A stretch of 64,000 bases of DNA from Hydrolagus affinis (taxonomy: Eukaryota), in the NCBI GenBank assembly GCA_012026655.1, contig JAAILG010001066.1, positions 1 through 64,000 of the forward strand. Reading direction: 5' to 3'. How positions within the stretch are numbered: the stretch's first letter is position 1; every line of letters starts with the position of its first letter. This document shows positions 36,852 to 50,210 of this stretch, in pieces. The position numbers were made by a program, and so were the translations under genes. The notes under the pieces were generated by a model that saw only the letters and a list, made by a program, of their open reading frames with translations, searched no databases and was not told the DNA's origin.

Positions 36852-37440
36852 CATAAGAACATAAGAATTAGGAGCAGGAGAAGACCATTCAGCCCCTCGA
36901 GCCTGCCCCGCTATTTGATAAGATCATGGCTGATCTTCTTACCTAACTCAAATTACCTGCCCTATCCCCATATCCCCTAATCCCTCTATTTAAAAAAAAT
37001 CTATCAGTCTCAGCCTTGAAAATGTTCAAAGACTGAGCATCTACACACTTCTGGGAGTGAATTCCATAAATTCACTACCCTCTAAGTGAAGAAATGTTTC
37101 CTCAACTCTGTTCTAAAAGGCTGACCCTTAATTTTAAGATTATGACCCCTGGCTATAGATTCTCCTACCAGGGGAAACAGTCCCTCACTGTCTACTTTAT
37201 CCAGCCCTTTAAGAATCTTATGTTTCAATAAGATCTCCCCTAATTCTTCTGTACTCTAGAGAATACAGCCCTAGTTTATACAACCTATCCTCTTAGGTCA
37301 GTCCCCTCATCCCAGGAATTAATCTAGTGAATCTACGCTGCACATACTAAGAGAAGTATGTCCTTTATTAAAAAAGGAGACCAAAACCGCTCACAATGCT
37401 CTAGGTGCGGTATCACCAAGGCCCCATACAGTTGCAGCAA
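36852..37440 (-). mobile_element. CR1 LINE 3' end
   Basis: CATAAGAACATAAGAATTAGGAGCAGGA terminus and CR1-like 3' sequence; inverse match to 51468-51762. Confidence 0.88.
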
Positions 37441-37589
37441 GAGGCGCTATACAGTTGCAGCAAGAGAGATAGTCTTTTTTTATTTATCTGCAATGAAAAA
37501 TGGTTCCAAATCTCCATTGCTTTGGCAGATATTTATTTGTTTTCTGCAAAGGAATTCATCAACTATTATGATAATAAATTGCTAATTTA

Positions 37590-37750
37590 ATCCATGACTG
37601 TTTGTGGGACACTGCTGTGTGCAATTGGCTGCAGCGTTTCGCCCACAAAATATACAGTCAATTCATTTTACAATATATTCTATGATGCACTTTGAGACAT
37701 CTCAAAGACGTAATAAGGCACTATATCAAATGCAAGGATTACTATTGTCA
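37590..37750 (+). mobile_element. SINE 3' half
   Basis: GACTGTTTGTGGGACACTGCTGTGTGCAATTGGCTGC...TCAAATGCAAGGATTA. Confidence 0.8.
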
Positions 37751-39633
37751 TCAAAAATGTACATATTTACAATAGGAAGGTTCTAAGTTACACATCAGGC
37801 AAAATTATTTTATATCTTGACTTGTCTACAAATACAGAGTTACTACACTTCATGGTAAATCCTAGGAAGTTCAAGGATTATTATTATGCAAAAATGTAAT
37901 TGTATATAGTTGCATCATTAAGCAGACAGAAACCCAGAGTGGAACACAGAGGACATAAAAAAAACCGATTGGCAGAAGTTTTGCTGCATTTTAATGATAT
38001 TGTAAATTTGTGAATTGGGAAGAGTTACATTTAAAACTAGAACATTATTGCTACTAACTAATTTCCACTATACTTCCCTAACTTAATGATTGAATAGATT
38101 TCAAATTAATGTCATTTGTTAAACATAAGCAAATTCAATGACCTCCTTAAGTTCGCGGAATGCTAATTGTGCTCATTTAAGCAAGTTCCAAATATGGGCT
38201 AATTTTAGAAGATATAACCAGCATTTCAAAAGTAAATGACCAGTTTACAATTGTTATTACAGACTATCAAGAAAGTGAAGCATTCAATCTTTCTAATGTT
38301 GGAGGGTATGAATAGCAGCAAATGTTTCTGAACTTGGTCAAGTAGAAGCGATGCTGTAGCCCAACTTATGATTGTCCCTTTAAAAGCAATTAGAAAACCC
38401 ATTTGTAGACTGCTTATTTTACTGTCCTCTTTTCAAAACGTATATGTCATTGTAAGAGCATCAGTGAACTTCTGTAAAATTCTAAATGCTTTTTCAATCC
38501 CCAGATTGGAGGCTAATAACATCATTTCAACTACTGTAGCAACATTTATTACAGATAATATTCAGAGTAATTTGTTAATGCATCCTTGATACAGAAGCAT
38601 TGGTTTAAGCAAAATTCATATAAAATTTGCAATAATTAGGTTTAAGATAATCCAAATTGGAAACAAATTCCATTCTTTGATTAGCATTGCTTTCTCTAGA
38701 GATGTAGAAAATAATTACTTTCAGTAATGAAGTATACCACTGATTTGCAGTTTAAAGTAGCCAACTGTAGTACAGCGTGACCCTGTTGTAAGGCATCTCG
38801 CTAAAGCAAATGGATACATAACTCAGGTATATTATAGCTCCATTGACCTGTGGTTATTGAAAATATTGTACAAATTCTGGTGTATGCTTCAAGCCAGCCA
38901 GGCTGAGCTAAAATAGCATCATCAACCGGATGACCCAGGAATGGGATTAGTGACCATTTTTCTGCTGACTGTTTTGTGCAAGAGTCTAATATTTAGACTC
39001 AGAACAAAACATAATGGGGCCATTGTGCAATGTGTTTCAACACCCATAAGTGTATACATAAGAAAAAAAATGGAATTATAATGATCCCTTAAAATGAAAG
39101 GTAGATTGTTCCCAGTAAGTTAAGAAACTGATCTTACTGTTGGGATGTGCAGTTACGCAGGAATAACATACCTGTCAAGAGAGGCCAGTTTAAAATTCTA
39201 TCTCGCCTTGCTAACCCATGCCAATAGGCCTGCATATTAGTAGGCAAATTAGTGGAAAATAAAACCACACAAGATGTGACATGATACAATAGGTTTTTGA
39301 ATTAATCCTTTGCCTGATTAGATGGGCACATAATCTACTCCTGCTTGAAACTATTGGAAATAAGTTAGTTAACAAGATACAATAATGTATTACAACATAA
39401 GAAAAGAAAAACAATAATATGTTACATAATAGATCAATAGAAGATTATAAATGATTAAGTTAGGATGATCAAAATGAGATTCCAATAGCTAATGGAAATG
39501 ATTTATTATTGCTATTTGTTATTTGGATCTGTTACTTGTCATCTGCCATTTCTTGAGCATTCACCAGTTTGACAGGTTAGGTTATAGACCTAATAAGTGG
39601 AAATATCTATAACATGATTGCCAATATTAAATA

Positions 39634-39930
39634 CAGGTGGACCCCACATTTTTCCCATAAGAATGAATGAAAAACTGGAGTTAAGTTCTTTTGGACATTT
39701 TTCATCAAAATGTTCTAAAAAAAACCCATTATATTGTACGCTGACTACCTGCCCGGCTCACTCACCCACTCATTCCCTGACTGCCTGCCCAGCTCACTTA
39801 CTCGTTCCCTGACTGCCTACCCAGCTTACTCGCTGCTGGTCTCACTTGCTGCCAACGTTAAATGAATATATGTTCGCAACGTAATAAAGAAAAAAAGTTC
39901 ACCGAGGCGACGTTAAGTGGGGTCTACATG
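39634..39930. mobile_element. Tc1/mariner (Tigger-type) MITE with internal minisatellite
   Basis: TA|CAGGTGGACCCCAC ... GTGGGGTCTACATG|TA (12/14 TIR match); three CTGACTRCCTRCCCRGCTYACT units at about 39741-39830. Confidence 0.65.
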
Positions 39931-41439
39931 TACATAACATTCTTATTTCTAATCAAAATTCACCGACTACTTACAAGGAATGGTTGGATACTTTCAACAT
40001 GATTGGGTGTAAAATACAGATTGGTCTCTGAGTTGCTATGGGTTTGTCATGTTCAGCTGCCTTTTATTATGTAAATAACCACCAATGGAAAGAATTGCAG
40101 GTGATTTTGTAAACCTATTCATTCTTTCCAGATAATGATGGTTTGATGATTTTAGTGTGTTTATGTGTGAAAATGGAAATAGGGAATGGGCTGCACATAC
40201 TGAACATGAGAACACCTTCAGAATGTATAGCAATTGTCACAAAAGCAAAGTGCGATGAATCGCCTCTTTAACCTTTGAGAAAGAGGATTTTTCTTCTTAA
40301 ACCAGTTTGTGAGTGGACAAAACTATTTAAACCTAAATGGGGTTCCTGTGTTTGATCATTTTGTGAGCATTAATTCATTGGGATATTTCGACCAGGCAAG
40401 TCTAAGTGAACCATAGATGTATCCTTGGTACTCTGAGAGCAAGATGTATATCTACTTCACAACGGTTGAGTGAGAGGGACCCATAAAAATGAACTTTTTC
40501 TATAATTAGTGGTTAATGACTTGCAGGGAGGGGAATACCTAAAGCAGACAAAAGTATACATCACTTTAATGAGCTAGAAGGTGGATTAAAACAAAATATA
40601 TCATACACATATTGCTGGCAGATGAGGGATGAAATAGGAATTAATCAGAACCAGAAATAATTCATTGTAATGGAATATATACTTCCCTAGGAATTATTCG
40701 ACCAGTTTTGTCTTGGGGGAAGTATTTTTGAAATCAATACAAATAGGAACTGAATTAAGCTATAAATGGTGACGAAAAGAGTCTGCACAATGTGAAGGTA
40801 GGACACCTGGAAGAAAATAGACAATGGAGTATGCACAGTACTGACTGAATGAGTTCATTATAAAATGGAGGGAAAGTAAATACAAGTGCTGATAACATTC
40901 TTTGATGGATTAAAGAGAACGGAGTTCTGGTAAATAGTGTAGGACAATGCATTTACTCAGATGAAGAGCATCAAAAATGTTAGTAGGTTCATCTTTAGCT
41001 GAGAAATTTTTAAATATACGAATAAGGCAGCTCCAATGGTTTCTGTACAGAGTTGTGGTTTGAGAGTGCTGCTTCAAACCTTGGGCCATGGGGAGGTTAA
41101 ATTGTTTCTGACCTTCCTAAGTTTAGAGAGATGAAAACCTCTCAGCACCTTGTCCTGGATGTGCATACGTGTGGCAGCTGGCTGGGGAGAGTTCAGATTT
41201 GGCTCTGACACCCTCTAGAGTTGATGAATCGCCTCTTTAACCTTTGAGAAAGTGGATATTTCATTTCTAAACCACCGTGTTAGCAGAAATCACTATTTAA
41301 AATCCAAATGGGATTCCTGTGGTTGAAGATTTTGTAAGCTTCATTTCATATAAATATTTACACCAGACAGGTCTAAATGAACAGAGAACAAGTCATCACT
41401 CACTACCAAGGCTGAATGACCTAACAGGCAGCCATGAAG

Positions 41440-41555
41440 TGAATGACCAATTTTATTTGGGGGGTTTGTTGGCTGAGACACAGTAAGAAACTCGCTTCTC
41501 TTTTTGAATAATGCCATGGGATCTTTAACCATCCACCCAAACAGGCAGATGGAAC
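41440..41555 (-). mobile_element. Deu-type SINE core fragment
   Basis: TTTTTGAATAATGCCATGGGATCTTTAACCATCCACC. Confidence 0.62.
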
Positions 41556-42823
41556 TATAACCAGGTGCTGTACAAAATATAAAGATTATAAGGCTCAGTA
41601 TTAATATGCCAATGGAGAGAAAATTAGAAAAAAAATATTGGACAAACTAAATTAAAAGGAAAGGTATGTGAAAAAACACAGATAGCATATAAATAAAATA
41701 GAGTTGGGATTCATTCCATTTCTTTTGAAATAATAAATAGAAAAGACTAGATTGAGGATAAAAGAAAATTAACTGTAATATCAAAGCTATGGTTTAATTC
41801 ATGAAGCTTTGTGAGATTGAAATGAAAGAGATTGGTTTTATTAAATAAAATACATAAATTATACACAGTGAAGTCAATTATTCAACTCCTCGGAGTGCAG
41901 AATGAATGTGGTGAGTGTTGAAAAATAAATCATGGATGTTGGTACACAAAAGCCTCTGCAATTGGAAACCATGGTACAGAAAAACAAGTGTTCAATTTGA
42001 TATAAGAGGTAGAGCAAATTGTTATTACGAGTTTCTATTCTGTGGAGATTTTTCCCCTCACCTCCCAATTTCTTCCTCCCTTTACTGAAGCTGTTGGTTG
42101 ACTCATTAAGAGGTACAAGTCCACAAGCTTTGGCTGCCAACTTGTGCCTCACTTATGTATTCATTATTCAAGTGTCAGCACTCTCGCCTCAGAGTTAAAC
42201 TTTGTGCGTTCACGTTCTGCACTGTTGGAGGTGCAATTTTTTGGACATTTAATTTCAGGAACTATGCCTGGATGTTAAAAATTCTGTGGTATAATTTGAA
42301 ACAACTAGGTAGTTTCTTTTCATATGCTGCCTGGCAATCTCCTGGATAAAATTGATGAATGACTTCATAGCTGTCTGTGGTAAATTGCTGTGTTCCTCTT
42401 CACTGTCACCCCAATTTGCAGTAAATTCAATGGAGCAATTGGAGACTTCTTGACATTGTTGTAAGGCGATGTATTAAATGGAAGAATTATTATTTTGTTT
42501 GTGTTGAGACTGTGAGTTTCATCAGACTATTTGGACTTGAGGAGAACTGGCACAAAAACAGGTGATTTGGTCTACCAAGTCTATGTGTATTTCTCTCCAC
42601 ATGAGTCACCTAATTTGATCTCATTCTTCTGCTCATTGCCTGTGCCATTTAATATTCCTCTAGACTGGGATGAGAATACTCAACGTAGTGCAGGCTAGGT
42701 ATCAAACTGTGACCTTCTGGATCCATCTAATTGAGTTTCACTCTAGTTGGTGGTTTTACTAACTGAACCTTCCAAATTTAAAACTTTTACCTAAATATTT
42801 ACTCCTATACTCCTCTGTTGTAG

Positions 42824-42927
42824 ATTCCAATTGTGATGACTTTGACCCTGCTTCCACTAAAAGCAAGTATGATTCGATGGATTTTGACACCTTGCTGAAA
42901 GAAGCACAAAGAAGCTTGCGAAGGTAA
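42824..42927 (+). CDS. PPARGC1A: PGC-1alpha exon 13, coding part with stop
   Basis: gtag|AT...TAA; 104 nt; SNCDDFDPASTKSKYDSMDFDTLLKEAQRSLRR*. Confidence 0.98.
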
Positions 42928-45180
42928 CAAACGCCAAATTTGCCACTCGTGAAGGAAGCTGCAGGACCTTGCAGGCATCCTGTCATTTACCATTAAAGGA
43001 CTTGCGTTAGTCATCTCGGGATCCGATCCCTCTTTACACTCTGTACAAATAAAGTTTACATGAACACAGCTGCTCCAGTGTGTGAGGAAACTGGAAGGAT
43101 ATCCAATAAAGAAAACAAGGCACTTGAGGATATCCAAAATGTAAGAACACAACCAATAGGTTAGAGAAAGTGTTACACATGATATTCACAAAATTCTGAT
43201 GGAAAGTGCAGCTTGTTCAGCATTTTTTTCTGACATTTGGATGCGGTGTTACATATCTGACAAAAGTTGGGGATAAATATCTGGGGTGTTTCAGATCTTT
43301 TATTTACTAAATGCTGAAATGTAGGTACAAACTTTACTAATGTTAAATTGAGTATTTTTATTTTGTGTAAATAAAACAATGTTCTTTTTTGTTTGTTACA
43401 GCTATGCACTGTAAATGCAGCCTTTTCAATAATTAAGAATGTAATCAGAAATTAAACACTTATTGGACACTAATATATTTAGAGAGTTGGGAAGGCACTA
43501 AACTGAGTAGATGTGTAAAGCAGTTTGTATGTGTTTCGAGCACCTAAACTGCAGCTCCTTTTCTGTACTGTAGCCTTTTACAATGAGCTTGCAGTTGAAT
43601 GATTTAGAGAGTGAGTCATGTCAGCAACCCCATGGCTATTTTTAATTATTGAAGGTGCTTTCATTTTGTCCATTACGATAACCTAGATCAAAGTTGATAA
43701 ATTGGGAGTTTTTTATATATAAAAAAAGTTGCATTTGATTTGCTCGTGATATTTAGGGAAAAAAAATTCTGATGTGTTAATAAATTGCAGATCATTTATC
43801 ACTTTTTTATTAACTTATTACGGTACCTATTATTTCTCTCCTCTTCCCTCCCCCGCTGAAACCTTGACTATTTTAAGGGAAGATTAAAGCCAAACTGAAG
43901 GATGGATATTTAAAGTTAGCAATTACCCAGCCTGTCTTTGTTTAACTTTACTGATCCGCTGAGAAATGAGGAAACAGGGGTGGGAAAATGTTTAGCTCCT
44001 TCCCTCCCCCTCCTATCCCCTGTTTACACTATGAATCTAAACACAATGTGCTTCCGTCTGAGGAAAGTGCTTTTTTTTAGTTCATTTGTCCATCACTGCT
44101 AAAATTTGTATTAAGAGATCCTAATGGCTGTCATTAGGAAATTATTTTCATATGTTTGCTAAACTAAGTTGTCAACCTTATAAGTATACAGATAGCAATA
44201 TAAAAGGTTTTGACCCAGTCATTCATTAATGTAGTACCACTGGTCTTTATCTCTGCTCGCAATATTACTTAATAGGTACAATTTCAGGTCTTTTAACTCA
44301 TTTTATCATATGATGCCAAACTGAGGTTTACATTTTCTTCCCTGGCTTTTGAATATTCTCTTCTTTATTGTAATAGCAAGATTGTAAAAAAAAATACAAA
44401 AATAGCAATAAATGTTTATTTTTAAAATTCTAATTTTAGCATATCATTGTTGTGAGGTGGAGGACCAGGCACATTACCCAGCCTCATTAGGTGCTTATTG
44501 TGTGTTTTAGGAAATGTTAATCTAACCTATTGCTACTGAAGTATTTCATAGTTTTTGTGTGTAACATTGTCTAACTAGAACAAAATCAGTGAAATTGTGC
44601 ATTCATAGCAACTGTTAGTTGTCAGCAATTCTCTACAACTTGGGTAATGACGTTTTGTCCTGTCTGGCGACTGTGATGAAGATTTTAATGATTGTAAAAT
44701 AAAATTTGCTCTGTAAAATACTTAGAATAGCAATGTATTATATCACTTGATTATTCATTTTAACTGGTGTGACAGATCCTTTAATTAAGTAAAATAAAAA
44801 CCTATGAGGATACTGTGCTGTTTGTGGGTGACAATGTATCAATGACTTTAGTTGATGGAACCATGCTGACCAGGAAATCGGAGTAGAGATGTTGTCTGTC
44901 TGAGCTTCCTTTTGGCTGACACTTCTACCTGTATTGTGTGGTTGAACCATTGTATAAAATTACTGTGAATTTTTTTTAAAATGTGCAGTTCTCATCAACC
45001 TCACCTAACTAATAAAGGGAAACAAGGTTTCAGACTCTGTCCTCTGTTTGTCTAATGATCATCCAAATTTAAAACAACACAACCATGCTTTTCGAGGTTA
45101 GGAGGTAAATTGTGATGCAAGTGAGCTCACAAATGAGTAAGTCACGCAGATTAATAATTGATGGCTTGTGCTAAAATAAA
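42928..45180 (+). other. PPARGC1A: PPARGC1A 3'UTR (3' end uncertain)
   Basis: Follows the stop codon; AT-rich with no recognisable repeats; several AATAAA hexamers (43048, 43105, 43370, about 44407, 44698, 45011, 45175). Confidence 0.6.
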
Positions 45181-46131
45181 ATAGCAACATTCAAAGTTCT
45201 TTTAGAAAAATATATATCATTTATATGAGAGAAAGCTAACAATCAAGTTACAGAGTTAACCGTGATTGTATGTTAATTCTTCCGTTCTTGTTTGCCCTCA
45301 TTGGTGCTCTGGAAACAGATAGAAATTGATAGCACAGGTGGCTATTTGGTCATTGTGCCAATGCTGGCTCTCCGAAAGAGGAAAATGAATTCATTAATCA
45401 CCTGGGCTCACAACAAATCTGATCAGTGGCTGTTCTCTCAAATTTTCCTGTTGAGTTGATTTGCTTATTCACTAATCTTAAATCACATTGGTATTTCTGT
45501 CACATCATGACTTATATTCAGTAGCATTTTAGCAAACTTCGCACAAACACAACCCAAATTGTCATGGTTGAATGATATGGACTGTGTTTGCTAAATAAAG
45601 AATAGAGTATCTTTATCACGCAGAGGTAATGATTATTATAGCTGAATGCTGATTGCAATACTTCCACTACATCTGCATAACTATGCGAGAATGTGCACAC
45701 AGATGGGGGCAGATTGCCTGCAGCACCCATAAGGCTATACTGCTTCTTTTGAAAAAGCACAATTTCACTGAAAACATTGTAGATACACTTCTGCAGTTAT
45801 CACATGCAGTGCATGGTTCTGCATTGATGAGGTAATTGATGTCTGAGTCCTTTAACGTGATTTACTATGGTTCAATTACTCTTTTTTTCTCTCTCTTCCA
45901 CCTCCTCCCAACCTCGGCCCTGTCCTCTGCTGAGTATGATTCCATTAATATACTGAATTTGAGCCAAGCACATGATATTTTAAGCCTCAATGTACAGCTA
46001 GATCAGTCAGATTCTATTTACGGATACAAATTATTGTGGCTCAAAGAATTAAACACACATTTTGTATACTATATTTAAAACAGAGCATTGCATATACAGT
46101 AATGGAGAAAAGGCGATAGAGCAAAAATGTG

Positions 46132-46231
46132 NNNNNNNNNNNNNNNNNNNNNNNNNNNNNNNNNNNNNNNNNNNNNNNNNNNNNNNNNNNNNNNNNNNNN
46201 NNNNNNNNNNNNNNNNNNNNNNNNNNNNNNN
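46132..46231. other. Assembly gap (100 N)
   Basis: N run adjoining the hAT-type element. Confidence 0.99.
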
Positions 46232-46561
46232 ACCCGTCTCTCCCTCCCTCTCCCCACACCCCTTGTATACCTGTATATTGTATTTGAGGACTACGAATAC
46301 GGCTTGGCAGCTTGCACCTCGGTCTGTGCATTGTGTAGAGATGAGTATTCTGGGTCTTGTAGTTCAGTGCGCGCGCATTCGGATGTGCGTGCGCATTCCA
46401 TGCTCTAGGCCCAGGAGGTTGCAATGCCGGCGACAAGATACCGATTTTTTTTTCATATCGAATTTTTCGATATATCGATATATTTTAAATTCCGATATCG
46501 GCATATCGATATGAAAATTATATCGGATATAACCGATATATCGATATATTGACGGGCCCTA
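46232..46561. mobile_element. hAT-type non-autonomous DNA transposon, one end, second copy
   Basis: Aligns by eye with 1-253; ends ...GATATATTGACGGGCCCTA; other end lost in the N gap. Confidence 0.75.
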
Positions 46562-47084
46562 GTGTACATATAGCTGTATGATCAGTGACTCGTGAACACA
46601 ATTATTTTAAAGAACAAAAAGGAAATGAAGGAATTTTACACAAGATTTGCAAGCTCAACTCCACGTAAACTAGATTTGATAACTATTTTTGCTTTGCATT
46701 TTTTTCCTCTTCCCTTTGAAAATTCAATTAGTGAATCTGGTTATTTGCTCTGGCATTTTTCTCACAGTCTAGAAAATTTTAGGTATATAAAAATAAGCAT
46801 CCTGAGAATAATAATCCTTAGATTTGGTATAGCGACATTCAGCTTCAGAGGATGTCTCAAAGTGTTTCACAGGATAATCTAACACAAATGCAAATGGCTT
46901 CATAAAATTTTACATTTTGCACACTCATATCAGTAAACAAGAAGGAAGAAATTCTTTTCTAATTCCTATTCTCTATTTGAGCTCATCAAAGGCTCATTAG
47001 ATTAATTTAAGACCATGTTTATCCTGTATGCTTTTTTGTTCAGCTTCTTATGTCTTATCAAGCTACTTGCAAGTAGCAGTGATG

Positions 47085-47393
47085 TGGACCACTGTAGTTC
47101 GGTGGTTAGAGCACTCGCCTTACAAGCGAGAGACCTGGATTCGATTCCTGGCAGGGTGAAACCTTGGGCAAGTTTCCATACTCCACATGCCTGATAATAA
47201 TCCTTCAAGAAAATATAACAATAATGAAATGGTCACTTCAATCCATAACTGTTTGTGGAGCACCGCTGTGCGCAACTGGCTGCCACGTTTCACCCACAAA
47301 TTTACAAATTCACTTTACAGTATATTCTGTGAAGCACTTTGAGACGTCTAGAAGACATGTATAGCACTAAATCAAATGCAAGGATTATTATTA
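47085..47393 (+). mobile_element. tRNA-derived SINE, full length
   Basis: Same head, body and (ATT)n tail as 12190-12452. Confidence 0.88.
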
Positions 47394-47929
47394 TAAGAAT
47401 CGGTAAAGTGGGTGACTTGAGTGTTTGTAGGCAAACATACTATTTATATAAGTGTTTTGATTTTATTTCATTAACATCTGGTGGCATTTTTTAAACTGAA
47501 TAACATTTTCCTTTTGCCATGTCCCATGAGCCAGCCTATGTGAAATACTTAAATTTGCATACCTCAGCTGATCATACGTTTCAGATGTGGCCCATTTGCA
47601 CTAAAGGATTGACAGTGACTGATCTGATTTCAACGAACAGGATACTTATGGTCATGAGGGAAGAGAGCAGACTCTGAATTTAAATTCTAGTCATAAAATA
47701 AGTTGCAGTAATTCTAATGAAGGATGTTATCTTATACATTAGTCTATTTTTCCTTTCAGATGCAGATCCACCTACTGTGTATTTCCAGCATTGGTTTTTA
47801 TTTCAGATTTTCAGCATTAATATGCTTCTATCATTATGATTTTACCACTTTGGAAAAACCAGGTATATGCATAGCATACACTCCAAAAAAAAGTGTTGTT
47901 ATAATTGTTGTAATTTTTTAGATGTGTGT

Positions 47930-48215
47930 CAGGTTGGCTCAAGGGTAGCACTCTCATCTCCGAGTCAAAAGATTGTGGGTTCAAATCCCACCTCGGGACT
48001 TGGAACCACATAGTCTAAACTGTCACTTCATTGCAGTGCTGGGAGTGTGCCTCATTGTTGAAGGTGCTGTCCTGTTTCATTTGGAAATTAAAGTACCCAT
48101 TTTTCAAAAAAAAGAGTTTCTCCTGGTGTCCTGGCCATCCCCAAATAAAATCGGTCTCTAATGCCATAGTTGTTTGTTGCACAATTGCTCTTCACAACTG
48201 GCTGCCATATTGCAC
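47930..48215 (+). mobile_element. Deu-type SINE (SacSINE1-like), degraded
   Basis: Head GGCTCAAGGGTAGCACTCTCATCTCCGAGTCAAAAGATTGTGGGTTCAAATCCCAC and body GAGTTTCTCCTGGTGTCCTGGCCA resemble the recalled shark DeuSINE consensus. Confidence 0.7.
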
Positions 48216-48239
48216 CCAGTTTATAATTTTTTAAAAGCT

Positions 48240-48405
48240 ATTATTATCCCAGGAAAAGTGATCCGCCAATCGACTAACAACCGGGTTCCTACTTAGGTAA
48301 ACAGGCATGTGGAGTAAGCGAACTTGCCCAATGTTTCACCCTGCCAGTATCTAATCCAGGTCTCTCGCTTGCGAGGTGAGTGCTCCAACCACTGACCTAC
48401 AGGAG
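48240..48405 (-). mobile_element. tRNA-derived SINE, 5' half (longer-body variant)
   Basis: tRNA head on the minus strand; shares TAAGYAGGAAYCCRGTTRTTAGTCGATTGG with the copy at 60340. Confidence 0.75.
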
Positions 48406-48514
48406 TTTACTCTAATGTATATAGTGCATGACAAGGATGTGAGGGGTACTCTAGCTAGATTTCTGAAACCATCAGCCCTGTAATTCAACAGATGGAGCTG
48501 CTTGGTTCAAATCC

Positions 48515-49190
48515 TACCTCTCCTATCTCCACTTTGTCTTCATAGACTGCCTGACGGATATCAAGTCCAGCATGAGAACTAACTTTCTCCAGTTGAATGT
48601 CAACAAGACCGAGGCCCTTCTGCTTGGCTTCCATCAGTGCCTCCACACCTTGGGCACTGACAGCATTACCCTTCATGGATGCACTCTCAACTCGCCTATA
48701 CAGGACCTTGGTGTCCTGTTCGATCTACAACTGTCCTTCAGCTCCCACATTTGTGCCATGACCTTGCGCCATCTTTCCCCACCTCTGCAACATTGCCCAG
48801 CTCTGCCACTGTCTCTCACTGCAGGCCCCCGAGACACTAATCCATGCATTCAGCATATCTAGGATTGACTACACAAACTTTTTGCTTGTCAGTCTTCTCC
48901 AACTCCTCCCACCACAGACTGCAGATAATCCAGAACTCTGTAGCCTGTGTCCTCTTGCAACCTATCACCCCCCCACCCCCATCCTCGCCTGGCTCCACTG
49001 CTTCCTTCATGATCCGCCTCAAGACCCTCCTCTTCGACTGAGTCTTTGGTCACCCTTCTACCGTTGCGCTCCTTGCACTCCACCCCTCCTCATCCCAACC
49101 ACCATCTTAGCTACAAATCCTTGACTGCTCAGCGATACACTATTCTCCTTACATGAAAGACGCTATCCAAGTGCAATTTGTTGTTGTTGC
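48515..49190 (+). mobile_element. L2 LINE ORF2 3' fragment
   Basis: MRTNFLQLNVNKTEALLLG, DLGVLFD and LQIIQNSVA motifs; (GTT)n tail. Confidence 0.88.
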
Positions 49191-49744
49191 CTCTCACATT
49201 TTGAATTTTTTGGTGAAGTAAATGTCAAAGTCCAAACCCGAATGGCACGATAAGCTATCCCACTTGATAATGAAGCAGCTTATAACAGGGTTCAATTGTA
49301 TGTCAAAAAATGATGGGTGGGGTCCAAACCCAGAAAGGAATTTCAGATTTAATTATTTACACAGTGTGTGAAATCGACGACACAGGTGGACGCAGATTGT
49401 GTCAACAAATTTGAGAAAGAATTAAATAAATATTTGGCTAAGAATTCAATTGAGGGATTTGAAAGATATAGTGGAAAATGATTTATTTAGTTATTATTTT
49501 ATTTCTTAATAGCTTTTAAAATGTGGAACAGATTGCAATAGCCTTTCCTGGTTATTTACATTCCTGTGCTCTGGCTTGAACCTTAATAAATTGTTCCATG
49601 AATTGGATTGACTGAAAGACTTTATTCATTCCTGCATTCTGATCTTTTTATCAAGCCTTTTGAACAAAATTAATGGTTTGTGACAGATAAGAAGTGACAG
49701 TGTCCCCAGACTACAACAAAAATTGGATGGTAGAGAGAGAGTTC

Positions 49745-50210
49745 AGTCCGTTGCCAGGAAAATCAGACATCCCAGCCACATACACATAAACATACAATAT
49801 TGCTGGGGAAATCAGGCATGCAGATTTACTGGTGAGTGCCAGGGAAATCAGATGTGCTGCCAAGGAAATTGGATACTATAAACACATGGACTCACAAGAC
49901 TAACAAGGTGGTGTAGTTGCCCAGACTCACTAGACTGCCAGCACGATCAGAATTGTAAATGAACTAGAATTTTAGAGAAATGGGATACTTTGGATTTATG
50001 AACTCGAAGGATTACCTCAGGAAATCAGAAAGCACAGATGCACAGACCTGCTAGACTGCCAGGAAATCGGACATTGTTAATAGACTACCAGGGAAAATCA
50101 GACAAAGCAAGTGTGTGGTGTTAGTGGTTTGCCAAGAATATTGAATACAACGATTCACCGGACCATCGGAGAGACCAGATGCCTTGGGTACATACCCAGG
50201 GGAATTGAAT
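49745..50210. repeat. Degenerate tandem array of (AGAC)TGCCAGGGAAATCAGAC-like units
   Basis: About 9-10 copies, starting near 49752, 49801, 49837, 49858, 49936, 50014, 50057, 50086 and 50130. Confidence 0.7.

Noticed and set aside
40411-41040. Possible decayed long ORF in purine-rich sequence
   Set aside because: Stop-codon density by hand is close to random expectation and no motif was recognised
49745-50210. CRISPR-like repeat-spacer array
   Set aside because: Vertebrate DNA, degenerate repeats, irregular and mutually related spacers, no cas genes
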